A DNA stretch of 35,130 nt from Nemertoderma westbladi (GCA_032718475.1 JAUCBJ010005759.1:1-35130), one strand, 5' to 3'. Counted from the stretch's first letter, positions 23,578-35,130 are shown. The notes: a model not told the origin generated them from the sequence alone. Translations and numbers: made by a program.

Positions 23578-24077
23578 AAGACAATATGATAATGCTCTCC
23601 ATAGCGAAAAATATCAACGGGCCCTATTGGGGCTCGAACCCGGTACCTAGGTTTCAAACTTCTGGTTATCATCAGCCGGGTGAGTGTACTGAGCTACCAG
23701 ACCGGATGAATATTTCGCTATGGAGTGGGAGATCATATCAAGGCCATACAATCACTCAAAGTAAAGTACAACTTTCGTTATTCCCGTGCTCTGCCAGAAA
23801 TGGCAACCATGCCTCAAAGAATAACTTTTATACAGTGTTGTAGTTGTTTATACATTTATGGCAGAGCACGGGAATAACGAAAGTTGTACTTTACTTTGAG
23901 TGATTGTATGGCCTTAATATGATCTCCCACTCCATAGCGAAATATTCATCCGGTCTGGTAGCTCAGTACACTCACCCGGCTGATGATAACCAGAAGTTTG
24001 AAACCTAGGTACCGGGTTCAAGCCTCAATAGGGCCCGTTGATATTTTTCGCTATGGAGAGCATTATCATATTGTCCT
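23578..24077. mobile_element. foldback MITE with ~220-bp near-perfect arms, each carrying a tRNA-like segment
   Basis: 23580-23796 is the reverse complement of 23859-24075 with few mismatches and a ~60-bp spacer. Arms contain TAGCTCAGT (A-box-like) and GGTTCRAGCC (B-box-like). Confidence 0.85.
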
Positions 24078-24142
24078 ATTGTATATTAGAAGGTACAATT
24101 ATTGAATAGTTGGTTAATCCCTGCCCTGCATGCAAAACTTAC

Positions 24143-24337
24143 TGGTGAATTTGGAGAAAGTAAACTCCCCTTCCTGACAGTCCAACTGGTTGTTTAGATT
24201 AGCTGCCAGTTCGGTTAACCACATCCCGTAATGGTCAGTCGCCGCCGCCTTTACGTCCGATAGACAGGATGACAGCTCCGATACACTCACTTTCTTCACG
24301 GCTTCCTCGAAAGTCTTGGGTAAAACAATCTTAGTGG
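24143..24337 (-). CDS. TMEM214: TMEM214 homologue, exon B (KTFEEAVKKVSVSEL...MWLTELAANLNNQL)
   Basis: ctctag acceptor, GTAAGT donor, 195 nt, phase 1-1. Matches recalled human RSLEEALKALDVADL...IWLKDLASYLNYKL. Confidence 0.92.
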
Positions 24338-25449
24338 CTAGAGTGACGAAAACAATGTATTATAACCTCCATACTACCTAGTCTGTTACTATAATGAAGT
24401 CACTAAGGTTTAGTAATATGCGGTTTTTGGTTGTGTAACACTGACAACTTGTCGAGGCAATTTATTTTTAAGCAATTAAAAAAAAACATAATAAACAAAT
24501 TAATCACTTAACTTTTGATGGCTGGTTTGTTTAGTGTAAATTTTAAATAATAAAAGGACTATTAGTAGTTACAAAAAGTAAGCGGAAAAAACCGCTTTTT
24601 TTCACTCATTTTCAGTTTAGCGAACTTATATTACTCTCTCCGGTGTAGCAGAAAATTTCCACCCCCCCCCCCCCTTCCGGTTATAATTCCCCAGTGTATT
24701 TTAACCGGGGGTGAAACTACTCTGGGTGATTTTTTAGTGAAATTTAACCCCCCCCCCCCCCCCCCCACCCCCGCAATCTTACCCCCTTGATATTTTTAAT
24801 TGTAATATTAATTTAAAAATACGATATAAGCGTACAGTTACAGTGAGTACAGTACCCTTTATTTTACTTAATCTTTTACTTAAAATAATAACTTTGTTAT
24901 TGTGGTCATCACTCAGGCTTCGGCACTCTCATCCTAATGCAGTTGTCAGTTTGTAGGCTATCATTAGCGGCCAAATCTACAGTCTGAGATGACGAGCGAA
25001 ACGAGGCTTGTCAAGGAGGCGAGTTATATACAATATTAAGCAATATTAATATCTACTACGACCAGGTTTAGCAGATATATATATAACTTTGATTTATATG
25101 GGGATGTAATGTTTATATTGGCGTATAATTTGGCGACCTGTTATACATGAGGGCAGCGCAACGAGGCTACTAAAAGGGAGGATTGAGTAGAGTACTGTAC
25201 CCAGAAGTCTCATACCAAAAGACCAGGTTTAGCACATTGAACAATATGTAGGCCTACCCTACGGGAATATTGTGTCTGTGTGCTGCTATATTCTTGCTAT
25301 CTTGGCTGTCAGATTTACATGACGAGCGCAACGAGGTTTGTTATTTGTTATGGACGAGTACAGTACTGAATCATTATGCACTGAACTGAATCATCATCAC
25401 ACGGAGAAATCGATGGTAAATAGACTAATGACGTGCCCGACCTCGTAGA

Positions 25450-25597
25450 CTACTACTACTAGTATCGGCATGCTGCATTGCAGCTGCATTTTTAAGAATG
25501 CTGTGCCGGCTTGTCGACAAAATTGCGCCGCCACAACTCCCTATCACCCATGACATTTGCTAGATCATCCGCATCTTCAAGACCAGTGTCCTTTAAG
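25450..25597 (-). mobile_element. short 3' fragment of the same RTE-like LINE with a (TAG)n tail
   Basis: Reverse complement of ~16095-16246 (TTAAAGGACACTGG...TGCAGCATGCCGA). CTACTACTACTA tail at the left end. Confidence 0.8.
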
Positions 25598-25602
25598 ATG
25601 CG

Positions 25603-27428
25603 TCTAATGACGTGCCCGACCTCGTAGACTAATGACGTGCCCGACCTCGTAGACTAATGACGTGCCCGACCTCGTAGACTAATGACGTGCCCGACCTCGT
25701 AGACTAATGACGTGCCCGACCTCGTAGACTAATGACGTGCCCGACCTCGTAGACTAATGACGTGCCCGACCTCGTAGACTAATGACGTGCCTGACCTCGT
25801 AGACTAATGACGTGCCCGACCTCGTAGACTAATGACGTGCCCGACCTCGTAGACTAATGACGTGCCCGACCTCGTAGACTAATGACGTGCCCGACCTCGT
25901 AGACTAATGACGTGCCCGACTTCGTAGACTAATGACGTGCCCGACCTCGTAGACTAATGACGTGCCCGACCTCGTAGACTAATACGTGCCCGACTCCGTA
26001 GACTAATGACGTGCCCGACCTCGTAGACTAATGACGTGCCCGACCTCGTAGACTAATGACGTGCCCGACTCCGTAGACTAATGACGTGCCCGACCTCGTA
26101 GACTAATGACGTGCCCGACCTCGTAGACTAATGACGTGCCCGACCTCGTAGACTAATGACGTGCCCGACCTCGTAGACTAATGACGTGCCCGACCTCGTA
26201 GACTAATGCCGTGCCCGACCTCGTAGACTAATGACGTGCCCGACCTCGTAGACTAATGACGTGCCCGACCTCGTAGACTAATGACGTGCCCGACCTCGTA
26301 GACTAATGACGTGCCCGACCTCGTAGACTAATGACGTGCCCGACCTCGTAGACTAATGACGTGCCCGACCTCGTAGACTAATGAAATGACGTGCCCGACC
26401 TCGTAGACTAATGACGTGCCCGACCTCGTAGACTAATGCCGTGCCCGACCTCGTAGACTAATGACGTGCCCGACCTCGTAGACTAATGACGTGCCCGACC
26501 TCGTAGACTAATGACGTGCCCGACCTCGTAGACTAATGACGTGCCCGACCTCGTAGACTAATGACGTGCCCGACCTCGTAGACTAATGACGTGCCCGACC
26601 TCGTAGACTAATGACGTGCCCGACCTCGTAGACTAATGACGTGCCCGACCTCGTAGACTAATGACGTGCCCGACCTCGTAGACTAATGACGTGCCCGACC
26701 TCGTAGACTAATGACGTGCCCGACCTCGTAGACTAATGACGTGCCCGACCTCGTAGACTAATGACGTGCCCGACCTCGTAGACTAATGACGTGCCCGACC
26801 TCGTAGACTAATGCCGTGCCCGACCTCGTAGACTAATGACGTGCCCGACCTCGTAGACTAATGACGTGCCCGACCTCGTAGACTAATGACGTGCCCGACC
26901 TCGTAGACTAATGACGTGCCCGACCTCGTAGACTAATGACGTGCCTGACCTCGTAGACTAATGACGTGCCCGACCTCGTAGACTAATGACGTGCCCGACC
27001 TCGTAGACTAATGACGTGCCCGACCTCGTAGACTAATGACGTGCCCGACCTCGTAGACTAATGACGTGCCCGACCTCGTAGACTAATGACGTGCCCGACC
27101 TCGTAGACTAATGACGTGCCCGACCTCGTAGACTAATGACGTGCCCGACCTCGTAGACTAATGACGTGCCCGACCTCGTAGACTAATGACGTGCCCGACC
27201 TCGTAGACTAATGACGTGCCCGACCTCGTAGACTAATGCCGTGCCCGACCTCGTAGACTAATGACGTGCCCGACCTCGTAGACTAATGACGTGCCCGACC
27301 TCGTAGACTAATGACGTGCCCGACCTCGTAGACTAATGACGTGCCCGACCTCGTAGACTAATGACGTGCCTGACCTCGTAGACTAATGACGTGCCCGACC
27401 TCGTAGACTAATGACGTGCCCGACCTCG
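25603..27428. repeat. 25-bp satellite, ~73 copies (GACTAATGACGTGCCCGACCTCGTA), plus one detached copy at ~25423
   Basis: Direct inspection. Confidence 0.97.
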
Positions 27429-27794
27429 ATATTTGAAATGGGTTGTGCGTTTATTTTATATATTATTATTTATGGGCTAAATGCTTAGGCCATCATAGAC
27501 CTAATTAGTCAAGAGGTCAAAATAATAAAATAAGTCCACTGTATTGTGTCAGTATCAACTTGAGTTAAACTTTACGGTTTCCTTTGATAGCAACCGAAAT
27601 GGAGAGGTGTTGTAGTTTGGGGCTCTAAAAAGTACCACTGGGATGAGGGCGTTTATGGAACGCAACCACAACCACAAAACTATATTTTTACACAATGGGT
27701 TTGAGTTACTCACAATCACCTATAAATAGATACGTGAATATGTTGTTACGAAGAAAGGGGGAAAAGTAAGTGTTTTGTAACAGGGTGGATACAT

Positions 27795-30053
27795 TAGGGT
27801 GGAGTGAAAAAAAATTTCTTTATTTTTAAGGGAAGCACTATTTTTCTGATGCCAAATCGGTCTAAACTAACTTTGCAAATTTTTTTTTTAATTTTGAAAA
27901 ATTCTAAGCGGGCCTCACGACACTTGAAAATTTTAGATTTTTGGAAAGGCAACGGCAGTTTTGAAAATCCCAGATACTTTGTATTTTTGATAAAAGTTAA
28001 GGAAGATGCAAATATATAACGTCAAATAGGTTGGAAACAAACACAAAATGTGAAATTTTGATTTTCATATAAATCTACCCCAGCCTCATGGCCTTTACAA
28101 ATTTCACCCTAAAAATACAGAAAACCTACTTCCGTAGTCTCTATAGTTGAAATCGATTTACTGGTGTTTGGAGTTCTTCCTGAGTGAAAACCAAGTCCCC
28201 TGATTTGATTACTACAGTACTATATTTCAATGCTAGAAACCCAGCTAGCTGGCTGTGAATTTGCCTTTGGATCAAATTCCCAATAAGTATATTATAAACA
28301 GTAGGTATAGTAAGAAGGATAATTGAAAACACAAGTAAAACAGTAAAACACTAGAAAAACATATGAAAAACACTGTAAAGCACCCGGAAAACAGTGACAA
28401 TATTGATCAGCAGGAAATTTAACACATGTACTACTCTGAATTGGTAATCCTAAATGTACTCCTCTCACAGCACACCATAAGTAATCACCGTAAAACATAG
28501 GGAAACACTATAAACTCTCCAGAAGAATCCAGAATCTCCATATTTAATGATTGGCATTAAATATAGATTTTACCTAATATGCTGCTAAAAAAATAAGTGG
28601 AAAGAGTCTAATACTACACAGAAACTATTGTTCCCAGGCAACCAATGAACAGTAACCAATCAGCATGCATTTCAGCACTATCCTGTTTTACTGGTCAGCC
28701 GGTAGAGGCACAGTAATGGTGGATTCTGGTGTTAGTGTATTCCAATATTCAAGTATTGTTAGGGTTGGATCTTGTCATCTGCTAAATCTTGAACAGTTAA
28801 AGTGTAGATGTTGCGGTATTTAATTATTAAGACAGCAAAAGGGCCACATTTAGGTCCTGCCTGATACTGTAGTGAAGTGGCACGCTAACAGCGCGGATGC
28901 AAGATCTAGAACCCATCACACATGATTTTCTAGTCAGTTCGGTTTTCTGGGATTAATGGTAGGCCTATCCTTAATAAATACCGCAACTTCTGCACTTCAA
29001 CTGTCAACATTTAGCAGATGAAATCATCTAACACTAACAATACTGGAATACACTATGTAATACCATAATACAGCAACACTGGTACTACTGGCTGACCAGT
29101 AAAACAAGGATATTGCTGAACTGCATGCTGATTGATTGATTCTTTCACCTAGTATTATTAGCAGCATATCATACAAACAGTCGAGGCGGCGACCCAAAGG
29201 CTACTCCTATCCCAAAATTAGCTGCCAAGATTTGTTATTTAACTGGTACTCATTTTATCGACCCCAGTGGATGAAAGGCATCTGAGTGGACCCTGGTGGG
29301 GCTGAACCTACAACCAATCGATTGCAGGGCTGGCGCTCAGACAACTGAGCTACCCCGCCTTCTAGCAGCATATACTGTAGGTAAAATTTAATGCTAAATC
29401 AATTTTTCACTGTTTTCCAGAGGGTTTATAATGTTTTCCTTATGTTTTAGGGAGATTACTTAACATGTGCTATGCGAGGAGTACATTTAAGATTACCAAT
29501 TCAGTGTAATAGATGTATTAAATTTCCTGTTCGTTTATAATATACTTAATTGGGAATTTGATCCAAAGGCAAATTTACAGCCAGCTAGCTGGGTTTCTAG
29601 CATTGAAATATAGTACTGTCGTAATCAAATCAGGGGATTTGGTTTTCACTCAGGAAGAACTCCAAACCCCAGTAAATCGATTTCAACTATAGAGACTACG
29701 AAGTAGGTTTTCTGTATTTTTGGGGTGAAATTTTTCAAATTTTGCAAAATTTTAAAGGCCATGAGGCTGGGGTAGATTTATATGAAAATCACAATTTCAC
29801 ATTTTGTGTTTATTTCCAACCTAATTGACATTATATATTTGCATCTTCCTTAACTTTTATCCAAAATCCAAAGTATCTGGGATTTTGAAAACTGGCATTG
29901 CCTTCCCAAAAATTTGAAATTTTCAAGTGTCGTGAGGCCCGTTAGAATTTTTCGAAATCAAATTTTTTTTGCAAAGTTAGTTTAGACCGATTTGGCATTA
30001 GAAAAATAGTGCTTCCCTTAAAAATAAAGAAATTTATTTTTCACTCCACCCTA
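27795..30053. mobile_element. hAT-type non-autonomous foldback transposon with ~1-kb inverted arms
   Basis: Ends TAGGGTGGAGTGAAAA...TTTTCACTCCACCCTA. Perfect 8-bp TSD GGATACAT at 27787-27794 and 30054-30061. No transposase ORF. Confidence 0.9.
29170..29362 (-). mobile_element. tRNA-derived SINE nested in the hAT foldback
   Basis: Head GGCGGGGTAGCTCAGTTG...GGTTCAGCCCC, followed by CCTTTCATCC..GGGGTCGATAAAATGAGTACCAG, which resembles a conserved Nin/Deu-type SINE core. 11-bp TSD TAGCAGCATAT at 29159-29169 and 29363-29373. Absent from the opposite arm. Confidence 0.88.
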
Positions 30054-30765
30054 GGATACATGCCGTGTTATTCGAGCCTGCCACCTCGCCTGTGCACTGC
30101 TGGAGCTGGTTTGACGTTATCAGTAGGAGCGCGTGTTTATAAACAGATTGGCCGTAATACAAATAAACAGAATGCAAATAACAATATCATTTCTTGAAAA
30201 ATGACGTGGTTTAAGCGAACAAAAGACCACAGATACCTCTAGAACACAGACAAACAGACACTGGAGATTTGTATAAAGTAAAGTACTGTTGAACACTGGG
30301 CTTGAGGAAGTCACATGGCCAATATTTAATAATGTGGGAATGGGGAACATTGGCTTTTCACTAGAGGGAGTTAAAATACACAAGGGAAATCTAACCGGTA
30401 AGGTAAATGGTAAAGGTAAATGATAAACGGTAAATGATAAATGCAGGTGAGATTTTCATTGGGTAGGGGGTTAATATAGCCTACACTAGGGAAAATACAC
30501 CCCGGGAGTGAGAATACACTGTTAGGGAATTCTAACCGAGGGTGATTTTGCATGGGGAGTGAAAATTCTGTTATACCGGCACCGGGTGGTTCAGTTTTAA
30601 TCAACACACGAGTTACCCGTATTGCAGGATTATAACTTATAAGTATAACTGCTCCTAGGTAAAACAACAGGGTGAAAATTATAGGTATACAATTTGAGAC
30701 ACGATTTAACATGTGGATAATTAACTTCCAGCGATTCAGGACTAGTTAGTTTAATATGGACTTAC

Positions 30766-30930
30766 AATGTCGTGGCTTCTTCTTTTGTTTGTGAGGCGAT
30801 TTCTCCCCATCAGGTTGGTGACTTGGTATGTTGGTGGTCTGGGTCTGGGATGGGTGGGATTTGCTCTTCTTCTGAGACATAATCCTAGCATATTGGCTAA
30901 AAATTGTCTCATCTGGTTTCAATGGACAAC
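30766..30930 (-). CDS. TMEM214: TMEM214 homologue, exon A (CPLKPDETIFSQYARIMSQKKSK...KKKPRH)
   Basis: catttag acceptor, GTAAGT donor, 165 nt, phase 1-1, in frame with exon B. Resembles recalled human TPAIQTTSTLYERGFENIMKRQNK plus a Lys/Pro/Gln-rich linker. Confidence 0.8.
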
Positions 30931-30961
30931 CTAAATGAATGACAATAACCTAATTGATTAA

Positions 30962-33900
30962 GCCTCTACATGCTACCAGCTGCGCTACACCTCTACATGC
31001 TACCAGCTGCGCTACACCTCTACATGCTACCAGCTGCGCTACAGCTCTACATGCTACCAGCTGCGCTACAGCTCTACATGCTACCAGCTGCGCTACACCT
31101 CTACATGCTACCAGCTGCGCTACAGCTCTACATGCTACCAGCTGCGCTACACCTCTACATGCTACCAGCTGCGCTACAGCTCTACATGCTACCAGCTGCG
31201 CTACACCTCTACATGCTACCAGCTGCGCTACACCTCTACATGCTACCAGCTGCGCTACACCTCTACATGCTACCAGCTGCGCTACAGCTCTACATGCTAC
31301 CAGCTGCGCTACAGCTCTACATGCTACCAGCTGCGCTACAGCTCTACATGCTACCAGCTGCGCTACAGCTCTACATGCTACCAGCTGCGCTACAGCTCTA
31401 CATGCTACCAGATGCGCTACAGCCCTACATGCTACTAGCTGCGCTACAGCTCTACATGCTACTAACTGCGCTACAGCTCTACATGCTACCAGTTGCGCTA
31501 CACCTCTACATGCTACCAGCTGCGCTACAGCCCTACATGCTACTAGCTGCGCTACAGCTCTACATGCTACTAACTGCGCTACAGCTCTACATGCTACCAG
31601 TTGCGCTACAGCTCTACATGCTACCAGCTGCGCTACACCTCTACATGCTACCAGCTGCGCTACAGCTCTACATGCTACCAGCTGCGCTACAGCTCTACAT
31701 GCTACCAGCTGCGCTACAGTTCTACATGCTACCAGCTGCGCTACAGCTCTACATGCTACCAGCTGCGCTACAGCTCTACATGCTACCAGCTGCGCTACAC
31801 CTCTACATGCTACCAGTTGCGCTACAGCTCTACATGATACCAGCTGCGCTACAGCTCTACATGCTACCAGATGCGCTACAGCTCTACATGCTACCAGCTG
31901 CGCTACACCTCTACATGCTACCAGCTGCGCTACAGCTCTACATGCTACCAGCTGCGCTACACCTCTACATGCTACCAACTGTGCTACAGCTCTACATGCT
32001 ACCAGCTGCGCTACAGCTCTACATGATACCAGCTGCGCTACAGCTCTACATGCTACCAGCTGCGCTACACCTCTACATGCTACCAGCTGCGCTACAGCTC
32101 TACATGCTACCAGCTGCGCTACACCTCTACATGCTTCCAACTGTGCTACAGCTCTACATGCTACCAGCTGCGCTACAGCTCTACATGATACCAGCTGCGC
32201 TACAGCTCTACATGATACCAGCTGCGCTACAGCTCTACATGCTACCAGCTGCGCTACAGCTCTACATGCTACCAGCTGCGCTACACCTCTACATGCTACC
32301 AGCTGCGCTACAGCTCTACATGCTACCAGCTGCGCTACACCTCTACATGCTACCAACTGTGCTACAGCTCTACATGCTACCAACTGTGCTACAGCTCTAC
32401 ATGCTACCAGCTGCGCTACAGCTCTACATGATACCAGCTGCGCTACAGCTCTACATGCTACCAGCTGCGCCACAGCTCTACATGCTACCAGCTGCGCTAC
32501 AGCTCTACATGCTACCAGCTGCGCTACAGCTCTACATGCTACCAGCTGCGCTACAGCTCTACATGCTACCAGCTGCGCTACAGCTCTACATGATACCAGC
32601 TGCGCTACAGCTCTACATCCTACCAGCTGCGCTACAGCTCTACATGCTACCAGCTGCCGTACAGCTCTACATGCTACCAGCTGCGCTACAGCCCTACATA
32701 CTACCAGCTGCGCTACAGCTCTACATGCTACCAGCTGCGCTACAACTCTACATGCTACCAGCTGCGCTACAGCTCTACATGCTACCAGCTGCGCTACAGC
32801 CCTACATACTACCAGCTGCGCTACAGCTCTACATGCTACCAGCTGCGCTACAGCTCTACATGCTACCAGCTGCGCTACAGCTCTACATGATACCAGCTGC
32901 GCTACAGCTCTACATGCTACCAGCTGCGCTACAGCTCTACATGCTACCAGCTGCGCTACAGCTCTACATGCTACCAGCTGCGCTACAGCTCTACATGCTA
33001 CCAGCTGCGCTACAGCTCTACATGCTACCAGCTGCGCTACAGCTCTACATGATACCAGCTGCGCTACAGCTCTACATGATACCAGCTGCGCTACAGCTCT
33101 ACATGCTACCAGCTGCGCTACAGCTCTACATGCTACCAGCTGCGCTACACCTCTACATGCTACCAGCTGCGCTACAGCTCTACATGCTACCAGCTGCGCT
33201 ACACCTCTACATGCTACCAACTGTGCTACAGCTCTACATGCTACCAACTGTGCTACAGCTCTACATGCTACCAGCTGCGCTACAGCTCTACATGATACCA
33301 GCTGCGCTACAGCTCTACATGCTACCAGCTGCGCCACAGCTCTACATGCTACCAGCTGCGCTACAGCTCTACATGCTACCAGCTGCGCTACAGCTCTACA
33401 TGCTACCAGCTGCGCTACAGCTCTACATGCTACCAGCTGCGCTACAGCTCTACATGATACCAGCTGCGCTACAGCTCTACATGCTACCAGCTGCGCTACA
33501 GCTCTACATGCTACCAGCTGCCGTACAGCTCTACATGCTACCAGCTGCGCTACAGCCCTACATACTACCAGCTGCGCTACAGCTCTACATGCTACCAGCT
33601 GCGCTACAACTCTACATGCTACCAGCTGCGCTACAGCTCTACATGATACCAGCTGCGCTACAGCTCTACATGCTACCAGCTGCGCTACAGCTCTACATGC
33701 TACCAGCTGCGCTACAGCTCTACATGCTACCAGCTGCGCTACAGCTCAACATGCTACCAGCTGCGCTACAGCTCTACATGCTACCAGCTGCGCTACAGCT
33801 CTACATGCTACCAGCTGCGCTACAGCTCTACATGCTACCTGCTGCGCTACAGCCCTACATGCTACCAGCTGCGCTACATGCTACCAGCTGCGCTACAGCT

Positions 33901-34652
33901 CTACATGCTACCAGCTGCGCTACAGCTCGACATGCTACCAGCTGCGCTACAGCTCTACATGCTACCAGCTGCGCTACAGCTCTACATGCTACCAGCTGCG
34001 CTACAGCCCTACATACTACCAGCTGCGCTACAGCTCTACATGCTACCAGCTGCGCTACAGCTCTACATGCTACCAGCTGCGCTACAGCTCTACATGCTAC
34101 CAGCTGCGCTACAGCTCTACATGCTACCAGCTGCGCTACAGCTCTACATGCTACCAGCTGCGCTACAGCTCTACATGCTACCAGCTGCGCTACAGCTCTA
34201 AATGCTACCAGCTGCGCTACAGCTCTACATGCTACCTGCTGCGCTACAGCCCTACATGCTACCAGCTGCGCTACATGCTACCAGCTGCGCTACAGCTCTA
34301 CATGCTACCAGCTGCGCTACAGCTCGACATGCTACCAGCTGCGCTACAGCTCTACATGCTACCAGCTGCGCTACACAGCTCTACATGCTACCAGCTGCGC
34401 TACAGCTCTACATGGTACCAGCTGCGCTACAGCTCTACATGCTACCAGTTGCGCTACAGCTCTACATTCTACCAGCTGCGCTACACCTCTACATGCTACC
34501 AGCTGCGCTACAGCTCTACATACTACCAGCTGCGCTACAGCTCTACATGCTACCAGCTGCGCTACACCTCTACATGCTACCAGCTGCGCTACAGCTCTAC
34601 ATGCTACCAGCTGCGCTACAGATCTACATGCTACCAGCTGCGCTACAGCTCT
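30962..34652. repeat. 27-bp satellite, ~137 copies (CTCTACATGCTACCAGCTGCGCTACAG)
   Basis: Direct inspection. Diagnostic variants recur at 864 bp (32 units). Confidence 0.97.
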
Positions 34653-34655
34653 AAC

Positions 34656-34743
34656 TCCTGAGACTGTCGCCCACGAGGGCAGTGGTTCTGGTCGACATCG
34701 TCATTCTCGTACCACCCACTGACGTACAGCCGTACCAGCGTAC
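34656..34743 (-). CDS. candidate upstream TMEM214 exon (VRWYGCTSVGGTRMTMSTRTTALVGDSLR)
   Basis: cag acceptor and GTTAGA donor, 88 nt ending in phase 1, compatible with exon A. Weak pyrimidine tract and no clear homology. Confidence 0.3.
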
Positions 34744-35130
34744 CTGTATGCTGTTGTATTCTTTGACTAGGCCTACTGGTACCGGTACCACACTAAACAG
34801 TTACCTGACTTATGCTGTGTTATGCATTTGAACTTCCCACCAAATCAGTCCACCCAATTAAATGAAGAATTATCAAGTGCGCTCGGATAGGTGAAATTTG
34901 TGACACTGACAACACCTAAAAACGGTGACAACAGTCAGCCACACTCAAAAAAATTGTTGACCATTATCAAAAATGTCACAAACAATGTGAATAGCAGTAG
35001 ACCGCTGTACTAAAAGTAATTCTGCCAAGTTTCCTGAGGATGAGTCACGGCGGTTCTACCACGCACAACTACCCGTTAGTGGTTAGTAGTAGACCTAGTG
35101 GCGGGGTGAGGGGTGTTTAATGGTTAGTAG

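Noticed and set aside
29290-29360. tRNA gene (also the tRNA-like arms at 23620-23705 and 23950-24035)
   Set aside because: Stems do not pair into a cloverleaf, and the segments are embedded in a SINE or MITE.
30950-34722. 1235/1250/795-aa repetitive ORFs (antifreeze- or mucin-like)
   Set aside because: Open in several frames and on both strands purely from the repeat unit. Indels switch frames and there are no unique domains.

Overview
Repeat-rich eukaryotic (probably invertebrate animal) genomic DNA. From the left it contains a disrupted Ty1/copia retrotransposon with GalEa-like motifs (1-~3900, +) and an intact intronless GINS3/Psf3 gene (4519-5151, +). A TMEM214 (DUF2359) homologue on the minus strand, seen only in fragments in the ORF track, was reconstructed by hand as seven phase-compatible GT-AG exons between 30930 and 6958 (about 430 codons). 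Its introns hold five unrelated kb-scale tandem arrays (38/44, 47, 27, 25 and 27 bp units), LINE fragments, a tRNA-derived SINE, a hAT-type foldback element, DINE/HINE-like elements and palindromic MITEs. The most striking observation is that the 47-bp array is about 46 tandem copies of a real TMEM214 splice acceptor plus the first 11 codons of the exon, and only the last copy gives an in-frame product. Three other arrays also end within 25-75 bp of splice acceptors. The very long ORFs at 17-22 kb and 31-34.7 kb are artefacts of stop-free 27-bp repeats. Family assignments rest on recalled sequences and motifs, not database searches.
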